A DNA stretch of 64,000 bases, from the NCBI GenBank assembly GCA_964291415.2, contig OZ219918.1:480001-544000 (forward strand). Reading direction: 5' to 3'. The DNA is from Alphaproteobacteria bacterium (GTDB lineage Bacteria; Pseudomonadota; Alphaproteobacteria; SP197). The notes under the pieces are model-generated. The model was not told where the DNA came from and did not search any database. It worked only from the letters and a program-made list of their open reading frames with translations. The translations under genes and the position numbers were made by a program. Within the stretch, counting starts at the first letter, position 1, and every line of letters starts with the position of its first letter. Shown here one piece after another: positions 35,345 through 44,082 of the stretch.

Positions 35345-36643
35345 ATGACACGCACGATCAACTCGGTGGCCGTGATCGGCGCCGGAACCATGGGAACCGG
35401 AATCGCCGGCAAGTGCGCGGACGCGGGTTGCAGGGTCCTGCTCCTTGACGTGGACCGCGACACCGTGGATGCGGCGATGCACCGCATCACCGAAGGCCGC
35501 CCGCCGGCCATCGACAATCCCGACAGCACCAAACTGATCGAGACCGGCACCTTCGACGATCTGGCGAAGATCACGGACTACGACTGGATCTGCGAGGCTG
35601 TCATTGAGGATCTCGCAACCAAGCGCGACATGTTCGCGAAGCTCGAGCACTGGCGCAGCGACGGTTCGGTGATCTCCACCAACACATCGGGCATCCCGCT
35701 GCGCTCGATCACAGAAGGCATGCCCGCGAGGTTGCGCCGGGACGTCGTGGTGACACACTTCTTCAATCCCGTGAAGGTGATGAAGCTGCTGGAGATCGTT
35801 CCCGGAGAGGAGACGGCGCCGGATGTGGTCAAGGCGATGGCGGCGTTCTGCTCGACCAGGCTCGACAAGGGTGTCGTTCATGCCAAGGACACCGTGAACT
35901 TCATCGGCAACCGCATCGGCTGTTTCTGGATGCTGTCGGGCCTCCACAAGGCCAGAAAGGCGCGCCGCGAAGGCGGGTTGCAGATGGAGGAGATCGATGC
36001 CCTCATGTCGGCGCCCGTGGGGCTGCCGCCGACGGGACTCTATGGGCTGATCGATCTCATCGGCCTCGACGTGATGGACCTTGTCGGAAAGAACCTGGCG
36101 GCGAATCTCCCCGACGGCGACACGGGCCACCTCTACACGACATTCCCGCAAGAAGAGCAGGCGATGCTTGCGAGGGGCCAGCTCGGACGCAAGACGCGGG
36201 GTGGTTTCTATCGGGTCACCAGGACCGATGACGGTGAACGGCTGCGCGAGACCTTTGATCTCGACGAAGCCCGATGGCGCCCGTCGACAGCGACGGACAT
36301 TGCGGGGACTCCACGTGAACTCATGACCGCCCCGGGTGCCGCGGGTGATTTCGCCAGGGACCTCATGGGTGGTGTTCTCGCCTACGCTGCCGGCCTGGTC
36401 GGCGAGATATCCGACGACATCGTCAACATCGATCGCGCGATGCGCTGGGGGTTCGCCTGGAAGAAGGGGCCCTTCGAACTCATCGACGACATCGGACACG
36501 ACACGCTGGCCGCCATTCTCGAATCGTCGGGAGAGCCGTTGCCGAGAATGCTCCGCGTCGCAAGGGATGCCGGGGCGTCAACCTTCCACGACGGCGAACG
36601 TTTCCTTGGCCTGGATGGTCGCTGGCACGATCTCGTTGACTGA
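35345..36643 (+). CDS. 3-hydroxyacyl-CoA dehydrogenase (FadN-like N-terminal part, no hydratase domain)
   Basis: VIGAGTMG, EAVIE, STNTSGIP, HFFNP, FIGNRIG, MRWGFAWKKGPFE. Confidence 0.9.
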   Translation: MTRTINSVAVIGAGTMGTGIAGKCADAGCRVLLLDVDRDTVDAAMHRITEGRPPAIDNPDSTKLIETGTFDDLAKITDYDWICEAVIEDLATKRDMFAKLEHWRSDGSVISTNTSGIPLRSITEGMPARLRRDVVVTHFFNPVKVMKLLEIVPGEETAPDVVKAMAAFCSTRLDKGVVHAKDTVNFIGNRIGCFWMLSGLHKARKARREGGLQMEEIDALMSAPVGLPPTGLYGLIDLIGLDVMDLVGKNLAANLPDGDTGHLYTTFPQEEQAMLARGQLGRKTRGGFYRVTRTDDGERLRETFDLDEARWRPSTATDIAGTPRELMTAPGAAGDFARDLMGGVLAYAAGLVGEISDDIVNIDRAMRWGFAWKKGPFELIDDIGHDTLAAILESSGEPLPRMLRVARDAGASTFHDGERFLGLDGRWHDLVD

Positions 36644-36843
36644 GATTGCGTCATAGGGTGTTGACTTCGGTCGTTGTCTCAACCGGCCGATACCGGTGGT
36701 TCAGGGTCACCAGCGACGTATCGCAGCAGAGTTTGAGCAGATTCGCGGAGCGTTACATGCCAGACAGCGGACGTTGACCAATCGGGCCTCGTCGGGTTCC
36801 TGGTGGAAGGTCGCGATGCACTGCAGGGCGGGAGCATTCAACG

Positions 36844-37821
36844 ATGGACGATGAACTCTGGCGCGTCATGCAGGAACCCGATATCGACCATCGTCTGGCT
36901 GATGGACTGCGCTCAAATCGGAGTTTCGCGGAATGGTGGGTCGGGAGAATTCTGCCGACATTGAAGTTGGGCGATCTCGTGGAGATCAAGCCCAACTATA
37001 CGCGGGAAGAAGAGTCCTGGTCCTCACAAAGCAAACCGGCCCGGGAAACGGATCTGCACGTTGTTGCCAAGGACGCTCATGGCGATCGCTTCGCCATCCT
37101 GACCGAGAGCAAGGTCGTGGCACCGGCCAGCAAGCATCAACCCGAAGACTACTCCGCTTACGTCCGGTGGGGGGAGTCGCAGGGAATGTGGAGGCGGGGA
37201 GTCACAGTTCTCATGGCTCCAAAGGGCTACCTGGATCGACCGTCGAGCGCAGGAATGTATGACATCAAAATGAGCTATGAAGAGATTCGCGATTCGGCCC
37301 AAGCCAACGGCCTCAAGGATTTGGCATCCTACCTGGATGCCGGCATCGTTCGGCATGGCTATTCCGGATCAGCCAGAAACCCGAGTGAATTGATCGGCGG
37401 GTTTCGCGTGCGTTACTCCGATCTTCTTCGGGAAGAATACAGGCGTCTCTACGACAGTCTTTCGGGGAACACCAAGAAACAGTTCGATGCGAGTCAGCGG
37501 TGGTTCGAGTTTCGTCCACGACAGTGTCGGTTAGGGAGGGTCACTGTTCCGGGCGTTGAGGTTATCCACAAGATCTGTAACAGGGCGAAGAGGGATCAGG
37601 ATCGTTCCGCGCAGCAGTATCTGGCAGTGCATGTTCCGCGGGCCGGGTGCTACGAGAATAGTCCGCCGAACTGGAATGGGCGATATCGATGGCGTGAGAG
37701 CAAGGCGTTCTGGATTCTGGACACTCCACTGGATGCCGACGATTGGCTGTTCTTCGATGACTTCGATGCTGAGGCCGCACGACGCGTCTGGGCGAGAATG
37801 TCCGAACTGATCGAAGACTAG
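36844..37821 (+). CDS. PD-(D/E)XK nuclease superfamily protein
   Basis: ETDLHVV...AILTESKVVAPASKHQPEDY matches the D-x(n)-E-x-K...Q..Y pattern of PD-(D/E)XK nucleases. Codon usage is visibly more AT-rich than in the flanking genes. Confidence 0.7.
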   Translation: MDDELWRVMQEPDIDHRLADGLRSNRSFAEWWVGRILPTLKLGDLVEIKPNYTREEESWSSQSKPARETDLHVVAKDAHGDRFAILTESKVVAPASKHQPEDYSAYVRWGESQGMWRRGVTVLMAPKGYLDRPSSAGMYDIKMSYEEIRDSAQANGLKDLASYLDAGIVRHGYSGSARNPSELIGGFRVRYSDLLREEYRRLYDSLSGNTKKQFDASQRWFEFRPRQCRLGRVTVPGVEVIHKICNRAKRDQDRSAQQYLAVHVPRAGCYENSPPNWNGRYRWRESKAFWILDTPLDADDWLFFDDFDAEAARRVWARMSELIED

Positions 37822-37955
37822 GCGAAGGGAACACTGCGACACAGACCTGGCAGACTGGGTCAAGGGCACACGGATGCCATTGCGGCTCACAAGATGCGAA
37901 CGAAAAGTGCGGCAGGCTTCGATACCGACGATCGGGACTACGGGGTCGTACAGAC

Positions 37956-37984
37956 TTGACGCCACCTCCCAATCGGCCTACATC
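37956..37984 (+). promoter_or_regulatory. Putative sigma70 promoter for the NYN leader
   Basis: TTGACG (37956-37961), 17-bp spacer, TACATC (37979-37984). Confidence 0.55.
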
Positions 37985-37990
37985 TTGAGC

Positions 37991-38050
37991 AGTCACCCCT
38001 GTGGCTTCGACTGCAGGGCGCGGGGCCGCTTAGGCGGCCCCTGCTTTTTT
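37991..38050 (+). ncRNA. Candidate ~60-nt structured leader or small RNA ending in an intrinsic terminator
   Basis: Hairpin 1 is CCCTGTGG-CTTCGA-CTGCAGGG (37997-38018, two G-U pairs). Hairpin 2 is GGGGCCGC-TTAG-GCGGCCCC (38022-38041), followed by TGC and a T6 run (38045-38050). Confidence 0.5.
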
Positions 38051-38061
38051 GGCGGTTTCCA

Positions 38062-38685
38062 ATGCGCACATTCGTTTACGTCGATGGGTTCAATCTCTAC
38101 TACGGGGCGCTCAGGCGAACGCCGTGGAAGTGGCTGGACCTTGTCGCTCTGGCCGGAAGAGTGCTGCAGCCGCATCATCAGATCGTGACGCTTCGGTACT
38201 TTACGGCGAAGGTCTCGGAGACCGTCAGGGATCCGACCAAACCGCATCGCCAGGACAGCTACTTGCGTGCGCTGCGTGCCACGCGGCCGGAGGTCGAAGT
38301 GCATTTCGGCCACTTTCTCACCCATAGAGTGTGGATGCCGCTGGTTCGGCCGACCGGCGATCAGCACATGGTCGAGGTCTTCAAGACCGAAGAAAAGGGC
38401 ACGGATGTCAATCTTGCGGTGCACCTCCTGAACGACGCCGGGCTCGATGCCTATGACTGCGCGGTCGTCGTGAGCAACGACGGTGACCTGGCGGAGGCCA
38501 TGCGCCTTGTACGCCAACGTCACGGGAAACGCATCGGCCTGGTAAAGCCGGGCACCGGGCGGCTGTCTCAGCAGCTCAGGGAGCACGCCGATTTCTTGCG
38601 CCCGATCCGATCCAGCTACCTGCAGAACTCGCAGCTTCCGGATCCGATCCCCGGGACGAACATCAGGAAGCCAGCAGCTTGGTAA
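38062..38685 (+). CDS. NYN domain (LabA/DUF88, PIN-like) ribonuclease
   Basis: YVDGFNLYYG, RYFTA, EEKGTDVNLA, VSNDGDL. The acidic active-site residues are intact. Confidence 0.9.
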   Translation: MRTFVYVDGFNLYYGALRRTPWKWLDLVALAGRVLQPHHQIVTLRYFTAKVSETVRDPTKPHRQDSYLRALRATRPEVEVHFGHFLTHRVWMPLVRPTGDQHMVEVFKTEEKGTDVNLAVHLLNDAGLDAYDCAVVVSNDGDLAEAMRLVRQRHGKRIGLVKPGTGRLSQQLREHADFLRPIRSSYLQNSQLPDPIPGTNIRKPAAW

Positions 38686-39017
38686 GGTCCGCCATACTCG
38701 AGTACCCGACTTCCTCCTGGCGCGGCTGATGCTTGTTGATCATTGATCGCCGTCCCTGACCAGGGCGCAGCCCTCATCGAAGAGAGAGTTTGGCACCTTC
38801 CCGATCGTGTTGGCGTCGTGTCTCGGGAAGGTCAAGGTTTCGCGGGGCGGGATTGTCTGGCTGAGTTCTGACGATCTGGAACACCCGCTCCGTGCCGTCG
38901 ACTTCCGTTCTCAGCGAGTAGCGCCAGGGGGCAGGTGTCTTCATTTCCCTGCATCCGGTTCGGCTGAGGGTCGCAGAGTGCCCGAAGGGTTCCGGATTCT
39001 GCCGGATGGACCGTGAC

Positions 39018-39467
39018 TCACGGCCCGCCGGTCAGGGCGATGGCGACACCCACAGCGCCGTCCGTGGCCGGGCTGATCGTGATCAGGGCTTCCTCGAGGA
39101 CGCAGATCCGCGCTTCGCTGAAACAGGCGCCGAAGGTGACGGCGATGGCGGCCGGCTGGTGAAGGCGGCCGGGATCGAAGGGGAATGTCTCCAGAACCGG
39201 GCCGTTGAAGTAGTCGGCGTCCACCTTCACCACCCGTGGCAGTTCACCCGTCCATGGCCGGTTGTCATCGGCCGGGGCGAAGGCGACACCAAGCGTGCCG
39301 GAGAGCGTCACATCGGGAGGTGGCAGAAGGGCTATGGCGAGAGCCCTTCCCTGGTTCACGTAGGCCTCGATCCTGACGGAGGTGGCGGAAAGGATGCCGG
39401 TGACGCCGCCGGCCAGTGCCGGCGACAGGGAGACGAGAACCGCAAGGACTGCGACGACGCGCTTCAT
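39018..39467 (-). CDS. Secreted hypothetical protein with a C-x6-C pair (DsbD-N-like)
   Basis: Signal peptide MKRVVAVLAVLVSLSPALA and VTFGACFSEARICV near the C-terminus. Confidence 0.6.
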   Translation of the reverse strand: MKRVVAVLAVLVSLSPALAGGVTGILSATSVRIEAYVNQGRALAIALLPPPDVTLSGTLGVAFAPADDNRPWTGELPRVVKVDADYFNGPVLETFPFDPGRLHQPAAIAVTFGACFSEARICVLEEALITISPATDGAVGVAIALTGGP

Positions 39468-39577
39468 GTGCCGAGGATAGGACATCATCCGGAACGATCA
39501 AATGCTCCGTTTCTTGCGACTGGACAAAATGCCCTGATGGCGGCACACATCGGGTCTGATTGCACCATCAGGTCTTC

Positions 39578-41173
39578 ATGATGTCCCACGACCACGAGGT
39601 CGCCAGGCGGCGCACGTTCGCCATCATCTCCCATCCCGATGCCGGCAAGACGACGCTTACCGAAAAGCTGCTGCTGTTCGGCGGCGCCATTCAGCTTGCC
39701 GGGGCGGTCAAGGCGCGGGGCGAACGCCGCCGGGCGCGTTCCGACTGGATGAAGGTGGAACAGGAGCGCGGCATCTCGGTGACCGCATCGGTGATGAACT
39801 TCACCTACCAGGGGTGCGTCTTCAATCTGCTCGACACCCCCGGCCACGAGGACTTCAGCGAGGACACCTACAGGGTGCTGACGGCCGTCGACAGCGCAAT
39901 CATGGTGATCGATGCCGCCCGTGGCATCGAGGCCCAGACCCGAAAGCTGTTCGAGGTGTGCCGGCTCAGGGACATGCCGGTGACGACCTTCATCAACAAG
40001 ATGGATCGCGATGGACGCGATCCCTTCGATCTGATCGACGAGGTCGAACAGACACTGCAGATCGAGATGGCGCCGGCGAGCTGGCCCATCGGCATGGGGC
40101 GCGACTTCCAGGGATGCTGGGACCTGGTGCACGACCGCCTCGTTCTCATGAAGCGTGGCAAGGGAGAGACGATTGCGGACGGCATTGCCTGCGAAGGCAT
40201 CGATTCGCCCGAACTCGACACCCTGCTTCCCGGTCATGCTGTCGCGCAACTGCGCGACGAGGTCGAGATGACCCGGGAACTGATGGCTCCATTCAGTCGG
40301 CAGGACTACCTCGCAGGCAACCTCTCACCGCTCTATTTTGGCAGCGCCCTCAACAACTTCGGCGTGCGGGAACTCATCGGCGGCCTGGTGGGGAACGCTC
40401 CGCCGCCCGGTTCGCGGCCAGCGCTTGAACGCACGGTTGAACCGGCCACGCACGAGGTCACCGGCTTTGTCTTCAAGATCCAGGCCAACACGGACCCGCG
40501 CCATCGTGACCGGATCGCCTTCGTTCGCCTGGTGTCGGGGCATTTCCGGCGAGGCATGAAACTGAAGCACTCGCGGACCGGCAAGCACATCATCATGCAC
40601 AGCCCGCAGGTCTTCCTGGCGCAGGATCGTGAACTGGCCGACGAGGCCTTTGCCGGCGACATCGTCGGTGTCCCCAATCACGGCAATCTCCATATCGGCG
40701 ACACGCTCTCGGAGGAGGGAGATCTCACGTTTACCGGCATTCCGAGTTTCGCGCCTGAACACCTGCGGAACGTGCGCGCTGCGGATCCCCTCAAGTCAAA
40801 GCACCTCGGTCGCGCCCTGCAGCAGCTGGCCCAGGAGGGCGCCGCCCATGTCTTCCGACCCGTGATGGACTCCGATTGGGTGGTGGGGGTCATGGGGCCC
40901 CTGCAGTTCGATGTCCTCGCCGACCGGATTCGCAGCGAGTACGAGGTTCCGGTGCGGTTCGAGTCCTCGGGCATCCATACGGCACGCTGGCTCGACGCGC
41001 CCTCGGAGCGGATGATCCGCACATTCGCCGACCGCAACCGCGGGGCGATGGCCACCGACCACGTCGGCCGGCCGGTGTTCCTGGCGCGCAACGCCTGGCA
41101 TCTCGACCGGGCCATCAGCGATGCGCCGGATCTTGCCTTCCGGGATGTCCAGGAACACGTTCATGGCGCCTGA
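39578..41173 (+). CDS. prfC: Peptide chain release factor 3
   Basis: RRTFAIISHPDAGKTT, DTPGHEDFSEDTYR, NKMD, GSALNNFGV, HRDRIAF. Confidence 0.97.
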   Translation: MMSHDHEVARRRTFAIISHPDAGKTTLTEKLLLFGGAIQLAGAVKARGERRRARSDWMKVEQERGISVTASVMNFTYQGCVFNLLDTPGHEDFSEDTYRVLTAVDSAIMVIDAARGIEAQTRKLFEVCRLRDMPVTTFINKMDRDGRDPFDLIDEVEQTLQIEMAPASWPIGMGRDFQGCWDLVHDRLVLMKRGKGETIADGIACEGIDSPELDTLLPGHAVAQLRDEVEMTRELMAPFSRQDYLAGNLSPLYFGSALNNFGVRELIGGLVGNAPPPGSRPALERTVEPATHEVTGFVFKIQANTDPRHRDRIAFVRLVSGHFRRGMKLKHSRTGKHIIMHSPQVFLAQDRELADEAFAGDIVGVPNHGNLHIGDTLSEEGDLTFTGIPSFAPEHLRNVRAADPLKSKHLGRALQQLAQEGAAHVFRPVMDSDWVVGVMGPLQFDVLADRIRSEYEVPVRFESSGIHTARWLDAPSERMIRTFADRNRGAMATDHVGRPVFLARNAWHLDRAISDAPDLAFRDVQEHVHGA

Positions 41174-41231
41174 CGCGGCACTCTTCGGGCTCAGGGGATT
41201 CAGTCATGGCGCCTCGCGCCTGATCACGGTC

Positions 41232-41444
41232 ATGAGCCCGTCGGGCATTGCGGCAGTGATTGCCCGCCTGACATTCGATCCTGGCGAAATCCGCGCCGAA
41301 CTCTATCCCGGCGTGCTGCCGCAGTACCACGAGAAGGTGCGTGGCGGCGTCGATCGTCTCGTCGAGCGCCATGGCATCGTGGTCCTCGATTTCCCCGACT
41401 GGACCGAGAAGAAGGCCCGGTTCGGGGCCTCCATCTACCGCTGA
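41232..41444 (+). CDS. Small hypothetical protein or gene remnant
   Basis: 70-codon stretch with host-like codon usage (…YHEKVRGGVDRLVERHGIVVLDFPDWTEKKARFGASIYR). The start is uncertain. Confidence 0.4.
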   Translation: MSPSGIAAVIARLTFDPGEIRAELYPGVLPQYHEKVRGGVDRLVERHGIVVLDFPDWTEKKARFGASIYR

Positions 41445-41456
41445 GATCGCGAAGGA

Positions 41457-42683
41457 GTGGCCGACATGACCGACATCCACAGGGCCGAACCGGAGACGGC
41501 AGGTCTTTCGTCCATGAGACTTGAACGCATCGGCGACTGGATGAAGCGCTATGTCGACGAGGGGAAGCTCCCCTGGGCCATGACAGCAATCGTCCGGGAA
41601 GGCGCCCTCGTCTACCGGGAAGCTGCCGGTCTTGCGGACGTGGAGGCCGGACGGGCCATTTTTCCCGATGCCATTTGCCGCGTCTACTCGATGTCCAAGC
41701 CGGTGACCGCGGTGGCCGCCCTCACGCTCTATGAGCAGGGCCTGTTCGGGCTCGAGGATCCGGTCGAAGCCTACATCCCGCAACTGGCCGGCATGTCCGT
41801 GCGGGTGGGCGAGACCCCCTACGGCATGCATCTCGAGCCCGCCAGCCGGCCGATCGCCATACGTGATCTGTTCTGTCACACCTCCGGGTTCACCTACAGT
41901 TTCAACGGCAGCGACGGCCTGGCGAAACTCTATCGGGAAAACCGGGTCGACTTCGGGCCCCGGTCCGGGACGCTCGGTGAGGTCGTCACCCGCCTCGGCG
42001 ATCTGCCGCTCGATCATCACCCGGGAGCACGGTGGACCTACGGCGTCTCAATCGATGTCCTCGGCCATCTCGTGGAGGTCGTCTCGGGCAGGCCGTTTGA
42101 TCGCTACCTTGCCGAGGAAATCTTCGAGCCTCTGGGCATGACCGACACCTTCTTCGAACTGCCGACGGATCGTGTCGACCGCTTCGTGCCATGCTACGAG
42201 CGGACTTCCGACAACCGCTTCCGGCGTGTCGACGGTACGGCGGACAGCCGCTTTGCATCTGCGGTCACCTGCTATTCGGGAGGCGGCGGCCTGCTCTCCA
42301 CCATGAACGACTACCTCAGGTTCGCCGACATGCTCCGGGAGGGAGGGCGCGGCGTGCTGGGGCGGCGCACCGTCGAGTTCATGGCGACGAATCATCTCCC
42401 CGACGACAGCGACCTTGCGGCCATGGGGCAGGAGGTCTTTGCCGAAACGAGCTACGTTGGTGTCGGATTCGGACTGGGTGTGTCGGTGATGCTCGATCCG
42501 GCTGCCGCAGGAGTCATGGCCTCGCCGGGCGAATTCGCCTGGGGAGGCATGGCGTCCACCGCATTCTGGGTTGACCCGCTCGAGGACATGGCCGTGGTGT
42601 TCATGACCCAGCTCATCCCGTCTGGATGCTATCCCGTACGCAAGCAGCTCAGGGTCCTGGTCAATCAGGCGCTGACAGCGTGA
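41457..42683 (+). CDS. Serine hydrolase, beta-lactamase class C/esterase family
   Basis: SMSK (SxxK), HTSG, WTYGVS, SGGGGL, WGG. Confidence 0.92.
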   Translation: MADMTDIHRAEPETAGLSSMRLERIGDWMKRYVDEGKLPWAMTAIVREGALVYREAAGLADVEAGRAIFPDAICRVYSMSKPVTAVAALTLYEQGLFGLEDPVEAYIPQLAGMSVRVGETPYGMHLEPASRPIAIRDLFCHTSGFTYSFNGSDGLAKLYRENRVDFGPRSGTLGEVVTRLGDLPLDHHPGARWTYGVSIDVLGHLVEVVSGRPFDRYLAEEIFEPLGMTDTFFELPTDRVDRFVPCYERTSDNRFRRVDGTADSRFASAVTCYSGGGGLLSTMNDYLRFADMLREGGRGVLGRRTVEFMATNHLPDDSDLAAMGQEVFAETSYVGVGFGLGVSVMLDPAAAGVMASPGEFAWGGMASTAFWVDPLEDMAVVFMTQLIPSGCYPVRKQLRVLVNQALTA

Positions 42684-42726
42684 CAGCCGGGTTGACACGA
42701 TCGCGACGTCATCGGAGAACCGCCTC

Positions 42727-43893
42727 ATGACCGGAAGAGCCTACTTCCCTTCGGCACGGGATTTCAGCCCGCGGGCACTCGAGAGCGTGACCCTCGATTA
42801 TGGAGAGGCAAGGCCGCTTCCGGCCGAGGCCTACGTGTCGCAGTCGTGGTTCGAGAGCGAGAGGGCCCGCCTGTGGTCGCGGACCTGGGCGTGCCTTGTG
42901 GCCGCGTCCTATGTGCCCGAGCCCGGCGATGTCATGCCGCTGGATCTCGTCGGGATTCCGCTCTTCGTGGTGCGCGGCCATGACCGCGAGGTTCGTGTCT
43001 TCCACAACGTCTGCCCGCACCGGGGCATGCGGCTCGTCGGCAAATCCGGCAAGGCGGGCGTGGTGCTCACCTGCCCCTACCACAACTGGACCTTCGGTCT
43101 CGAGGGCAGCCTGCGTCTCACACCCCACATCGGCGGACCGGGTCGGCACGAATGCGAAGGGTTCGACCGGCAGCGATTTCGCCTCAACGAGGTGCGGAGC
43201 GCGGTGTGGTTCGACCAGGTCTTCGTCAACCTCTCCGGCGATGCCGCCGACTTTGCGGACTTCATCCGCCCGCTCGCTGACCGCTGGTCCTGCTTCGACG
43301 AATCGCTTCTCTGTCACGGGGGCGAAGATTCGATCGTGACCTTCGATCTCGAGGCCAACTGGAAACTGGCCATCGAGAATTTCTGCGAGGCCTACCATCT
43401 GCCGATGGTGCACCCCGGACTCAGTTCCTATTCACGCCTCGAGGATCATCTCAACATCGAGGAGGAGACCTTCTCGGGGCAGGTGAGCCTCGTGTACCAG
43501 CCCGACCGCAAAGGTCATCAGTTGTCGCGCTTTCCGGGTCTGCCGGATCCATGGCAGACCCGCGCCGAGTACGTGGCGCTCTATCCCAATGTCATGCTCG
43601 GCATTCACTACGACCACTTCTGGGCGGTCCGCGTCCTGCCCGACGGCCCGGGGCGCTGCCGCGAGGTCTTCGACATCTACTACGTCGGCACGGATGCCGC
43701 CGGCCCCGGTCACGCCGACCTGAGAGCGACGGTGCGCGAGACCTGGCGCGAGGTGTTCCTGGAAGACGTGGGTGCTGTCCAGGGCATGCAGGAAGGGCGC
43801 GCCTCGCCCGGATTTGCAGGCGGTGTCTTCACGCCTGTCCTGGAAGGAGCCTCGCACTGCTTCCACCGCTGGGTCGCACGCTCCATGCTGTAA
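42727..43893 (+). CDS. Rieske oxygenase alpha subunit (choline monooxygenase-like)
   Basis: CPHRG...CPYH and NWKLAIENFCEAYHLPMVH...VFLED. Confidence 0.9.
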   Translation: MTGRAYFPSARDFSPRALESVTLDYGEARPLPAEAYVSQSWFESERARLWSRTWACLVAASYVPEPGDVMPLDLVGIPLFVVRGHDREVRVFHNVCPHRGMRLVGKSGKAGVVLTCPYHNWTFGLEGSLRLTPHIGGPGRHECEGFDRQRFRLNEVRSAVWFDQVFVNLSGDAADFADFIRPLADRWSCFDESLLCHGGEDSIVTFDLEANWKLAIENFCEAYHLPMVHPGLSSYSRLEDHLNIEEETFSGQVSLVYQPDRKGHQLSRFPGLPDPWQTRAEYVALYPNVMLGIHYDHFWAVRVLPDGPGRCREVFDIYYVGTDAAGPGHADLRATVRETWREVFLEDVGAVQGMQEGRASPGFAGGVFTPVLEGASHCFHRWVARSML

Positions 43894-44003
43894 GGAGACC
43901 GCGCCGCTCACCGGTGCGAGGGAAGGGAGCGCGGCGCTCCTTGCCGTTTGATCGAACGCGGCACGGCAAATGACGGCCATGTTTGCTTGCCGACCTTCCG
44001 GAA

Positions 44004-44015
44004 ATTGTATTCAAT
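44004..44015. promoter_or_regulatory. Possible GntR/FadR-type operator upstream of the ABC operon
   Basis: Near-palindrome ATTGTATTCAAT, one mismatch from ATTGTATACAAT, in an otherwise GC-rich region. Confidence 0.45.
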
Positions 44016-44082
44016 CGAATCGTCAGAAGGTTTCGCCATCGACGTCAAGTCGATGGGCCCCTGATTCAAACGAGGAGGAACA

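Noticed and set aside
38796-38831. Inverted repeat CCTTCCCGA...TCGGGAAGG as a MITE end
   Set aside because: It is only 9 bp, has a single copy in the window and no target duplication. A terminator-like hairpin between convergent genes is more likely.
41457-42683. Antibiotic-resistance beta-lactamase
   Set aside because: It has no signal peptide and resembles the widespread cytoplasmic esterase-like members of the family.
43959-43991. Sigma54-like promoter (CGGCACG...) upstream of the amide ABC operon
   Set aside because: The -12 element reads GA rather than the required GC at the correct spacing.
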